Assembly: GCA_963797095.1 (NCBI GenBank)
Contig: CAWCNY010000006.1
Span: forward strand, 352,001-416,000
Direction of reading: 5' to 3'
Length of the DNA: 64,000 nt
DNA from: an uncultured Chloroflexia bacterium
Lineage (GTDB): Bacteria > Chloroflexota > Chloroflexia > QHBQ01 > JADMIH01
Shown one piece after another: positions 48,565 to 58,200 of the stretch. Both the position numbers and the translations under genes were made by a program. The notes below the pieces were generated by a model. That model did not search any database. It saw only the letters and a program-made list of their open reading frames with translations, and had not been told where the DNA came from. Numbering within the stretch: the first letter of the stretch is position 1; each line of letters begins with the position of its first letter.

Positions 48565-50079
48565 TTACTCCATGCTCTCTATCTCACCAAGTAGCGCATT
48601 AGTCTCCTTCAACGCAGGGTAGAGCGCCCTGTAGCAATCGTAAACCCGCTCGTATACCGCCTCCGCCCTATCGTCAGGCATCGTCACCTCGCCCAACTTG
48701 ACAGTCGCGGCACAGGCGGCCTCCACGTCAGGCCACGCCCCTGCCGCCACCCCCGCCAGCAAAGCCGCCCCATAGCTTCCCCCTTCGCTGGTAGCCACCG
48801 TCACCAATTCCACCCCCAGCACGTCCGATAGGATCTGCCTCCACAATCTGCTCCTTGAACCCCCACCTGCTACCCTTACCTGCCGCACCGGCTCAAGCCC
48901 TGCCTCTCCAAGCAGCCCGAAGCTATCCTTAAGCCCGAAAGCCACCCCCTCCAGCAGCGCACGTGTCACATGCGCTCGCCTGTGCCGTACCGTCAGCCCC
49001 ACCCATGCGCCCCTGGCCAGTGGGTCGGGATAGGGCGTCCTCTCTCCCGTCAAATACGGCAGGAACACCAAACCCCCGCTTCCTGTCGGCGCTTCCTCCG
49101 CCTCTGCCACCAGCGTATCGAAGCCCACCCCCGCCGCCAGCGTATCCCTGTACCATTGGAGGCTTCCCGCCGCGCTCAGCATCACCCCCATCAGGTGCCA
49201 CCGTCCCGGCAGCGCGTGGCAAAATGCGTGCAGCCTCCCCTCCGGCTCGATCAGCACCTCCGCAGTTGGCGCGAACACCACCCCCGAAGTGCCCAGCGTC
49301 ACCGACACCACTCCCGGCGCGACCGCTCCCATCCCCACCGCCCCCGCCGCCTGGTCGCCGACTCCTGCCACCACCGGCGTTCCCGCCCTCAATCCCGTCG
49401 CCGCTGCCCCCTCCGCGCTAACCTCCCCGGTCACCTGCGGCCCCTCATACGTAGGCGGCAGCCACTCCATCGGTATATCCAGCGCCTCCACCACCTCCCG
49501 CGACCAATCGCGCTTGCGCAGGTCAAACAGCAGCGTCCCCGACCCATCCGCCTTGTCCATCGCGTAGCCGCCCGTCAGCCTGTACCGCACGTAATCCTTG
49601 GGCAACAGCATATGCCGCGCCCTCGCGTAAACCTCAGGCTCGTGCTCTGCCACCCACAACAGCTTAGGCGCGGTAAACCCCGTCAGCGCCTCGTTTCCCG
49701 TGATCTCGATCAATCTCTTCCTGCCCAGCCTGCTCCGGATCTCGTCGCACTGCGCCCCCGTCCGCTGGTCATTCCACAATATCGCCGGGCGCAATACCTC
49801 CCCTTGCTCGTCCAGCAGCACCAGCCCGTGCATCTGCCCCGTCAGCCCCACCGCCACCACATCCTCGCCGCCCGCCTGCGCCTCCCCAAGCGCCGCCTTT
49901 ATACTCCGCGTGATCCCCTCCCACCAATCGTGCGGGTTCTGCTCGCTCCAAAGCGGTCGCGGGGTAGACAACATAAGCGGCGTTGAAGCCGAACCCGCCA
50001 CCTCCCCATCTCCATCAATAAGGAGCGCCTTGGCCCCTGTAGTCGAGATATCGATCCCCAAAAACAGCTGTCGTTTCAT
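48565..50079 (-). CDS. xylB: Xylulokinase
   Basis: LGIDIST, GQMHG, ILWNDQR, GDQAA, GTSG, PYLTGERTP. Confidence 0.94.
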   Translation of the reverse strand: MKRQLFLGIDISTTGAKALLIDGDGEVAGSASTPLMLSTPRPLWSEQNPHDWWEGITRSIKAALGEAQAGGEDVVAVGLTGQMHGLVLLDEQGEVLRPAILWNDQRTGAQCDEIRSRLGRKRLIEITGNEALTGFTAPKLLWVAEHEPEVYARARHMLLPKDYVRYRLTGGYAMDKADGSGTLLFDLRKRDWSREVVEALDIPMEWLPPTYEGPQVTGEVSAEGAAATGLRAGTPVVAGVGDQAAGAVGMGAVAPGVVSVTLGTSGVVFAPTAEVLIEPEGRLHAFCHALPGRWHLMGVMLSAAGSLQWYRDTLAAGVGFDTLVAEAEEAPTGSGGLVFLPYLTGERTPYPDPLARGAWVGLTVRHRRAHVTRALLEGVAFGLKDSFGLLGEAGLEPVRQVRVAGGGSRSRLWRQILSDVLGVELVTVATSEGGSYGAALLAGVAAGAWPDVEAACAATVKLGEVTMPDDRAEAVYERVYDCYRALYPALKETNALLGEIESME

Positions 50080-50231
50080 ATCAAAAAGCCCACCTTGCCT
50101 TACGCTGAAATCACCCAGGCCTCATCAATGCACCTACCAAATCCCACCCGCAGCCCAGGCGAATGGATCGTACAATACCCACCCACCCCTGTCAATGACC
50201 TCTACAGGCGAACATTCCTGTAGAGGCTGAA

Positions 50232-50343
50232 GGGGTGCAGGGGTACTCCCCTGACAGGGGGTTTGGGGGGTGTCCCCCCAACTCTACTTCCTCTTTTAGA
50301 CTCCCCTCTCCCCGAACACGGGGAGAGGGGCCGGGGTGAGGGG
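50232..50343 (+). repeat. Composite REP-like element, copy 3
   Basis: Same core as copies 1-2 but with a perfect CCCCTCTCCC/GGGAGAGGGG stem; preceded by a perfect 10-bp hairpin at 50199-50226. Confidence 0.85.
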
Positions 50344-50395
50344 TCCCAGTAGACATCCCACGGCGGTGCCTACGAAAATTCATACCAAAGGCCAG

Positions 50396-50425
50396 TTGAC
50401 ACGAACATATGTTCCATGCTATATT
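50396..50425 (+). promoter_or_regulatory. Promoter TTGACA-N18-TATATT with SOS box GAAC-ATAT-GTTC in the spacer
   Basis: SOS box at 50403-50414 between -35 and an extended -10. Confidence 0.8.
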
Positions 50426-50469
50426 CGATCCCAGACAAGCAAAAACCAGCCAACCGCAGGAGAACCCCC

Positions 50470-51285
50470 ATGACAACAGCACACCACCCCGAAACCCAGC
50501 AAGGCCATTACATCCAGGCTAACGGCCTCGATATCTACTATCGAGAGCACGGCCAGGGCCGGCCCCTTCTCCTGATCCACGGTGGCATCCTCACGGGCAA
50601 CTCCTGGCAGCCCTACCTCCCTGCTTTCGCCGAGCACTACCGCGTGATCACACCCGACACACGCGGCCATGGCCACACCAAAAATCCAACAGCCGGCCTG
50701 AGCTTTGGCTTGCTGGCCGATGACGTGGTAGCCCTCATACAGGCGCTTGATCTCAAAAAGCCGCTCATCATCGGCTACAGCGATGGCGGGCAGGTTGCCC
50801 TCGAAATCGGCATGCGCTATCCCGACCTGCCCCAGGCCATCGTCATCGGCGGAGCTTACGTCGAGCTAACCGAACCCTCTCGCCAGTGGGTGCGCTCAAT
50901 ACTCGGCGATGCCCGATCCCCCGAAGTCGATATCGACAAATTTGCGCGCGAAAATCCGCAGTTCGCGGCGGGATTGGAAGCGGATCACGGACCCGAAGCC
51001 TGGAAAACTCTATTGAAACAGATAAAGCCGATGTGGAATGCCACCCTCAACTACTCCCCCGACGATTTCGCCGGGGTAGTGGCCCCCACCCTCGTACTAC
51101 TAGGCGACCGCGACGGCTTTGTGCCCGTCGAAGAAGGCCTCAAGATGTATCATCTCCTGCCCAACGCCGAATTTGCGGTGGTACCCCATGCCGATCACCC
51201 CAGCTTGATCTTTTCGCTCGCCAGGATCGCAGTTGTCCAACCCCTCATAATAGACTTTCTGAAGCGGCATACCGCTTCGGCCTGA
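50470..51285 (+). CDS. Alpha/beta hydrolase
   Basis: LIHGG, PDTRGHG, GYSDGG, GDRD, ADH. Confidence 0.92.
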   Translation: MTTAHHPETQQGHYIQANGLDIYYREHGQGRPLLLIHGGILTGNSWQPYLPAFAEHYRVITPDTRGHGHTKNPTAGLSFGLLADDVVALIQALDLKKPLIIGYSDGGQVALEIGMRYPDLPQAIVIGGAYVELTEPSRQWVRSILGDARSPEVDIDKFARENPQFAAGLEADHGPEAWKTLLKQIKPMWNATLNYSPDDFAGVVAPTLVLLGDRDGFVPVEEGLKMYHLLPNAEFAVVPHADHPSLIFSLARIAVVQPLIIDFLKRHTASA

Positions 51286-51367
51286 CCGACCCATGCGCTA
51301 ACGCCTGAGATGTGATAGAATCACCCGACGCGGGACCGCCGGACCGCCAACACCAATCCTCAAGGAG

Positions 51368-52270
51368 TTGCAAATGGTCACAATTACCGAAGGCGATTTC
51401 AACGGTATGGCCTGCCTCTGGCTTTCCAACCCCCACGTTCGTCTGGCAGTTACCACCGCACGCGGCCCTCGTGTCGCCTTCTGGGGCTGGCGCGACGGTC
51501 CCAACCTCTTCGCCGAGCTACCCGATGCTGCCGTGGAAACTCCCGCAGGCCCCTACTACTTCCTCGGCGGCCATCGCCTCTGGTACGCCCCCGAATCCCT
51601 CGACACCACTTACTGGCCCGACAACCATCCTCTTGAGGTTACGCATACCGGCGATGAAGCTACTTTCACCACCCAGGCGGACAACGCAGGTATTGTCAAG
51701 CAAATCACCATCCACCTTTCACCCGACGCGCCCCAGGTAAGGCTTACCCACACCCTAAGCAACGCCGGACCTGCGTCGATACACCTGGCCCTCTGGGCGA
51801 TTACCATGTGCCGCCCTGGCGGAGTTGCTCTCTTGCCGCAGCCCCAGCAGCCCACCGACCCGCAGGGCTTCCTTCCCAATCGCAACTTCAGCTATTGGCC
51901 CTACACCGACATCCTCGACAATCGCCTCGTCCAGGGCAATCGTGTGGTCCTGGTCAAAGCCACCCCAGGTCCGAACAACAAGATAGGTTATCGCAGCACC
52001 CACGGCTGGCTGGCCTATCTCCTCGATAACACCCTGTTCACCAAGAGTTTCGACCCCCAATTGCGCGGCGAGCACCCCGACATGGGTTGCAACGCCGAGG
52101 TTTTCTTCTCCGACAACGTGATCGAGTTAGAAACTCTTGCCCCTCTGGTCACGCTCGACCCCGGCAGCGAGACAACCCACGAGGAAACCTGGGCTTTGCA
52201 CAATGTCACCACCCCGGTAGAAAAGGAAGATGATGCCCTCGCGCTAGCCGGCCTTCTAGACCTGAAATAG
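51368..52270 (+). CDS. Hypothetical protein, aldose-epimerase-like beta-sandwich
   Basis: AAGGAG RBS; GPRV, GGHRLWYAPE, ELETL motifs. Confidence 0.7.
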   Translation: MQMVTITEGDFNGMACLWLSNPHVRLAVTTARGPRVAFWGWRDGPNLFAELPDAAVETPAGPYYFLGGHRLWYAPESLDTTYWPDNHPLEVTHTGDEATFTTQADNAGIVKQITIHLSPDAPQVRLTHTLSNAGPASIHLALWAITMCRPGGVALLPQPQQPTDPQGFLPNRNFSYWPYTDILDNRLVQGNRVVLVKATPGPNNKIGYRSTHGWLAYLLDNTLFTKSFDPQLRGEHPDMGCNAEVFFSDNVIELETLAPLVTLDPGSETTHEETWALHNVTTPVEKEDDALALAGLLDLK

Positions 52271-52299
52271 CCGGTGCCCAACCTACCCGTATGCACCAA

Positions 52300-52334
52300 G
52301 CAATAGGCAATATGCAATACGCAGTAAGCAGTAC
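52300..52334. repeat. Heptamer tract (GCARTAN)5 between convergent genes
   Basis: GCAATAG GCAATAT GCAATAC GCAGTAA GCAGTAC. Confidence 0.8.
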
Positions 52335-52355
52335 CCAACATCCCCAACTACACCA

Positions 52356-54692
52356 CTACAAATCGCCATTGCTGTCCGTGATCCTACCGATCACCTGCTC
52401 AAGCGGCATCGCCCGGCCCTCTTCCCACGCCCTCGCAAACGCCTCCTCGTCCATCCGGGATCGTGTCTCTTCCACACATTGCTCGTACTCCGCCTGGTCC
52501 ACAGGCGGCAGAGGCGCACCAACGGCCAGGCGCAACGTTTCCTCCACGCCATACAACCATGACGCTCTCAGCGGGTGCTTGCGCGCGGTCTCAACCGTTG
52601 CAAGCCCTCCCAGGCAGGCCAGTATTATGTGCTTCGCGTCAAGTTCCCAGCCAAGCTTCAACGCCTCCACAAACAGAGTGCTTGCCCTATCATAGTCCCC
52701 CATGAATCGCGCCGCCTCCGCAAAGTTGGTAAGTGTCGCCGCTATGCCGCGCCTATCATCGAGTTCGCGGTACAACGGCAGGCTCTCCTCCATATAAACG
52801 ACCGCCTGCGCGAAGTTCTCCCTGTACAATTCCAGTAACCCCAGGTTGACCAGTATATTCGCCAGCCCCAGTTTGTCCTGGGCCTCTCTCTTAATACCCA
52901 GGCACATCTCGAAGTATTCCGCTGCCCGGTCAAAATCACCCTGATCCATAGCGACAAGCCCCAGCACCGATAGCGCCGATGCCGTACCGTTGCTATCCCC
53001 CAACTCCTTCCGGATCGCGATACTAACCTGGAGCCACTGTTCCGCCACCTTCAGGTCTCCTTGTGCTTGCGCCAGCGCCCCCACGCTGTAGGCCACATCA
53101 GCCCTCAACCTCGCCGGAAACCCTTCACTGTGCTCAAGCACTTGCCCCAATCTCTTGCGCCCCTCCGTCAAATACCCTTTCATATCCCAGAAATATCTGA
53201 GCGATACCGCAAGCCGGGCCGCGATCTCGGTCTCTCCGTTATCGAGCGCCCAATCCAGTGCCAGGCGCAGATTATCGTGCTCCTCTTCCAATTTCGTGAG
53301 CCACAGCCCCTGCTCAGAGCCACTCAGCAAAGGACCGGCGGCCTCGGCCAGCGCCAGGTAATATTCGGCGTGATTCCGCCGTATCGTTGCTGCCTCCCCG
53401 CTTGCTTCCAGCAATTGCGCCGCGTATTGGCGTATCATCTCCAGCATCGTCAGGCGCAACTCGCCTCCTCTATCCTCCCTCTGCAACAGACTCTTATCCA
53501 GGAGCGACATAACCACATCCAGCGCGTCCGTCGCTTGATCGGAGTAGACGTAGCACACCGCCTGCACCGCTGCCAGCGTGCACCCTCCTGAGAACACCCC
53601 CATTCGCGTAAAGAGGGTCCGCTCTTCTTCCTTCAGCAATTCATAGCTGGCGTCGATGGCATGCCATAGCGTCTGATGCCGCTCCGGCAGGTCTCGCGGG
53701 CCTTGCGTGAGCAGCACCAACCTGCTATCGAGCATAGAAAGCAGCATCTCAGGGCTTAATAGCTTGCACCGCGCCGCCACAAGCTCAATAGCAAGCGGCA
53801 GCCCGTTCAGCCTTACGCAAATAGCGGCTATCGCTCTCGCGTTCTCCTTGTTCAGCACAAAATCAGGCCTCACCGCCCTCGCACGCTCCACGAACAGTGC
53901 GATAGCCGGATATCGTGCCAGTTCCTCCTCACCTGGCAGATTCGCCAGGTCGGGCGCGTCCAACGGCTCGATTGGATACTGCTGCTCGCCGCGCACCCTC
54001 AACGCTTCCCGGCTGGTCACGAGCACCTTGATCTGAGAACATTCCGCTATAACCTCGGCCACGTTCGGCCCCGCCTCTACCACCTGCTCGAAGTTGTCCA
54101 GTAGCAGCAGCGCCTTCTTACCCTTCAGACGCTCTACCAGTACAGGCAATATCGGCTCCCCACTGCTGTCGCTAACATCCACCGCCTGCGCGATGGTGGG
54201 GATCACCAGGTCCGCCGACCTGATAGGCGACAAAGCCACAAAGAGCACCCCATCCCCAAACTCCCTGAGCACGAATTTTGCTACTTCCAGGGCAACCCGT
54301 GTCTTGCCGATACCCGGCGCCCCCACCAGAGTCACCAGTCTTGATCCTTCCGAAAGAAGCAACTCGCGTATCGACGCCACCGTCTCTTCTCGCCCCAACA
54401 GCGGCGTCAGGGGCGTGGGCAGATTCGTCTCCGTCGTGCCGTGCTCATCTGCTTCGTCTGCATCCGGCTGCCAGCGAGCAAGTGATATAAACGCTGGACG
54501 CTCTTCCGAAGCTATATTCAGGCAATCCGCAAGTAGCTCGGCTATCTGCCTCGACGGCTTGCGCTCTCCTAGTTCCAGCTTCTCTATGAGCGAATGAGAG
54601 CACCCCACACAGGCAGCCAGTTCTTTCCGGGAAAGATCAAGCGCCTGGCGTCGTTGTCTAAGCCACTCGCCGAACGATGTTGCGTGGTTCAT
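52356..54692 (-). CDS. XRE HTH + STAND ATPase + TPR regulator
   Basis: SFGEWLRQRR..KLELGERKPS; [22 protein letters not shown]; TPRs. Confidence 0.92.
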   Translation of the reverse strand: MNHATSFGEWLRQRRQALDLSRKELAACVGCSHSLIEKLELGERKPSRQIAELLADCLNIASEERPAFISLARWQPDADEADEHGTTETNLPTPLTPLLGREETVASIRELLLSEGSRLVTLVGAPGIGKTRVALEVAKFVLREFGDGVLFVALSPIRSADLVIPTIAQAVDVSDSSGEPILPVLVERLKGKKALLLLDNFEQVVEAGPNVAEVIAECSQIKVLVTSREALRVRGEQQYPIEPLDAPDLANLPGEEELARYPAIALFVERARAVRPDFVLNKENARAIAAICVRLNGLPLAIELVAARCKLLSPEMLLSMLDSRLVLLTQGPRDLPERHQTLWHAIDASYELLKEEERTLFTRMGVFSGGCTLAAVQAVCYVYSDQATDALDVVMSLLDKSLLQREDRGGELRLTMLEMIRQYAAQLLEASGEAATIRRNHAEYYLALAEAAGPLLSGSEQGLWLTKLEEEHDNLRLALDWALDNGETEIAARLAVSLRYFWDMKGYLTEGRKRLGQVLEHSEGFPARLRADVAYSVGALAQAQGDLKVAEQWLQVSIAIRKELGDSNGTASALSVLGLVAMDQGDFDRAAEYFEMCLGIKREAQDKLGLANILVNLGLLELYRENFAQAVVYMEESLPLYRELDDRRGIAATLTNFAEAARFMGDYDRASTLFVEALKLGWELDAKHIILACLGGLATVETARKHPLRASWLYGVEETLRLAVGAPLPPVDQAEYEQCVEETRSRMDEEAFARAWEEGRAMPLEQVIGRITDSNGDL

Positions 54693-54946
54693 ACAGGTCT
54701 TTCTAGGCTGCCCTCCAGCCCGTCATACAACTGACGCAGACACCGGAGAGAGGGAGGGAATATCCGTTTTGTGTGTGGTTTTGTGTGGCCTGTGGGACTA
54801 TTGCCCTCTTCAGACCTGCACTATAATGCCATCACATCAACGACGTGAGCGCCCTTCTGTCGAACACTCACACAAGTATACCAATCAATAGCAATACGAA
54901 AGCTGTAACAGATGCACATCATGCAAGCCACGTTTACGAGGTCCCG

Positions 54947-55168
54947 ATGAAATGGGAAACACCACCCAAAGACTCGCATGTTTTCATCATGAGAATTTGG
55001 GTTGACGAAGCACACGGTGATAACGGGCAGGCTGCGCTCAGAGGTCGAGTGCAGCACATACTTGGCGAGGAAGTCCGCTCCTTCCACGATTGGGATTCGC
55101 TGGTAGATGCTCTCCAGGGCATGCTTGCCCTATCTGCAAAGGAGTCCAACCAACAAGCCACAAATTAA
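54947..55168 (+). CDS. Small hypothetical protein
   Basis: GAGG RBS; FIMRIW..LRGRVQHI..F motif; upstream TATAAT at 54822. Confidence 0.65.
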   Translation: MKWETPPKDSHVFIMRIWVDEAHGDNGQAALRGRVQHILGEEVRSFHDWDSLVDALQGMLALSAKESNQQATN

Positions 55169-55233
55169 CACACCGTTAGTCCTCCCCGCCTGTACACCAT
55201 TTAGCGCCCACACCAAAAGCGAAGGAGAAAGAA

Positions 55234-58200
55234 ATGCTGGCATTAGCGCGCGCTCCCTTCAAATTAAGGCAGACCGCCAGGGCAGCCATAATTGTTGTGT
55301 TACTTACGGCGGTAATGATGCTCGTGACCGAGGGCACATTCGGGCCATCCGGCTCCCTCCCCACCTTATCAGTCGTCACCGGCCTGCCCCTATCCTTCGA
55401 GCCTAATGTGGGGCAGGTCGCGGCCCCCGCCCAATTTCTGGTACGCCAGTCCAATAGCTCGATCTTCTTTACCCCTTCGGAAGTAGTCCTCGCCCTTGCC
55501 CCAGGCAACCCTGACCGCAAAGCCCGGACCACTCTGGGCACTCTCTCATCCGGCGACCTCGACCAGAGCAGCCGAAGCCCCTCTACCCAATTAACCACCC
55601 TTACCACCCTGCGCATGACCTTCGTGGATGCGGATTCCGGTTCTGCCATCAACCCCTCCCAGAGGTTGCCAGGCAAGGCCAACTACCTGAAAGGCAACGA
55701 CCCCTCGGCCTGGCACACCAACATCCCCACCTACGCTGGTATCACCTATTCAGGACTCTACCCAGGCATAGACCTCTCCTACTCAGGCTCCGGCGGGCAT
55801 CTCAAGGGCACCTACTACCTCGCCTCAGGCGCTGACCCCTCGCTCGTCCGCTGGCGCTACGATGGCGCTCAAAACACCACCATCGACAACGATGGCAATC
55901 TTGTAATCACTTTGGACACCAGATCAACCAGCTCTAAAATCCGAAATCCGAAACCCCAAATCATAGAGGTGGCTCCCACCGCCTGGCAGCAGATCGACGG
56001 CAACCATGTGCCTGTGAACTCCGCTTATCAACTGGCTAAGGACGGCACTATTGCATTCCGGCTGGGCAAATATGATCACACCGAACCCCTGATCATAGAT
56101 CCTACCCTCGTCTATTCCAGCTACCTCGGCGGTTACTATGAGGATGGCGCGCGAGAGATCCAATTAGATAGTGAAGGCAACCTCTATATAACCGGCTATT
56201 CCTTTTCCCCCGACTACCCGACCACCCCCGGTTCTTACCAGTGGTCGCTGGGCAGCGCCTTCGCCGAGGATGCTTTCGTCACAAAGCTCACCCCCGACGG
56301 CTCGGCAATAATCTACTCCACATTCATCGGCGGCACATTTTCGGAGAGGGCCGAAGCCCTTGCTGTCGATTCTGAAGGCAACGCCTACATCACCGGGTGG
56401 ACCTCTTCTAACGATTACCCTGTGTACCACGCCTTCCAGCCCACCTGCCAGTGCACCCCCGAAGACGGCTTTGTCTCCAAACTGAACCATGACGGTTCCG
56501 CCCTCGTCTACTCCACCTTCCTGGGTGGGCAGGCAGGCGATGATGGCTTCGCTATCGCGGTCAGCGGCGCGGGCAACGCCTATGTCACTGGCCGCACCAG
56601 TGCCCCCGACTTCCCCGTCACCGCCAATGCCTACCAGCCTGAACTCGACTGCTCCAACAGTTGTGGGGCCGATGCTTTCGTCACAGAATTCACCACCGAT
56701 GGCACCGGCCTCGTCTATTCCACCTACCTCGGCGGCGACTTTGCTCCCGGTCGCGTGGGCAACGAACTCGGATTTGGCATAGCCGTCGACGCGGCAGGCA
56801 GGATCTACGCAATCGGCGTAACCACCTCCGCAGACTTCCCTGTCACCTCAAACGCCTACCAGACCTTCTGGGGAGGCAACGACGATGCCTTCATTTCCAA
56901 GTTTGACGTAAGCCTAGCCCCTCAACAACAACTCCTCTACTCCACCTACTTTGGCGGCGTCTTCTTCGACGATGGCTTTGGCATAACCGTAAGCGATCCC
57001 GACATCATCTACGTTACAGGGCACACAGATTCGTCCTCCGGCTTCCCTATCACCTCAGGGGCAGTCCAGCAAACTATCGGCGGCGGGCTGGATGCTTTCG
57101 CCTCCAAGCTCGACACCAACCAGAGTGGTAGCGCCTCCCTTCTCTACTCAACCTACCTCGGTGGCTCAAGCGACGATATCATGGGCAACATCATACCCGC
57201 CCTCACCAGCAATATCGTGCCCGATCTTTCGGGCAATGCCTATCTCTCCGGCAGAACTTTCTCCACTGATTTCCCCATCGCCGACCCTATCCAGCCCACC
57301 AATCATGGTGTAGAGGATGTATTCGTGACCGCATTGAACCCCTCGGCCTCCGCGCTGGTCTTCTCCACCTACCTGGGCGGTACCGACGACGAAAACGGCA
57401 ACGCGCTCACAATTGACGCTGTGGGTAACATCTTCCTTGCGGGCAGCACCCAATCGACCGACTTCCCGGTTGCCAACCCCCTCCAGCCGTCCAGCGCGGG
57501 CGATATTGATGCCTTCGTCGCCAGAGTCTTCAACAACCTCTTCACACCCGTGCCCACCTACACCCCTATACCCACTTCCACGGGCACGGCCCCCACGGCC
57601 ACTCCCACTATCTGCACGCCGCAGAACAACTACTCGGTCAGAATGGAGACGGGGGCCACCCTCGTGCCCGGCACCACCGATATCGGCATGCATTGCGATG
57701 ATTGTGTAACATCCCTTCCCCTCCCCTTCCCCGTCACCCTCTACGATCAGACCGCCACCTCGATCAACGTCAGTGCCAACGGTAACCTGCAATTCCTCAG
57801 CGCGGATCCGGGGCCAGGCACTGATAGCTGCTTCCCACAGCCATCGTTCAACTACGTCATAGTACCCTTCCTGGCCGATCTAAACGTAACAAACGGGGGT
57901 ATCTATACTTCCCTGGATGGTGTGGCTCCATTCCGTATCTTCACCATCGAGTGGCGCGGATGCCAGTACAACCCCTCGAACTACCAATGCACCATCCCTA
58001 TCGACCTGGAAGTCCGTCTCTATGAGAACTCTCCTGAGCGCCAGATAGATTTCATCTACGATCAGGTATCCGACTACGGAGTTGTGGGCATTCAGAAAGG
58101 CACCGGCCAGCTTTACAAGCTCTACAACTGCTTCAGCACGGGCAATCTCTACCAGGGGGTCAAAGTCACCCTCCTCCTACCAACATGCTCCACCCCATTC

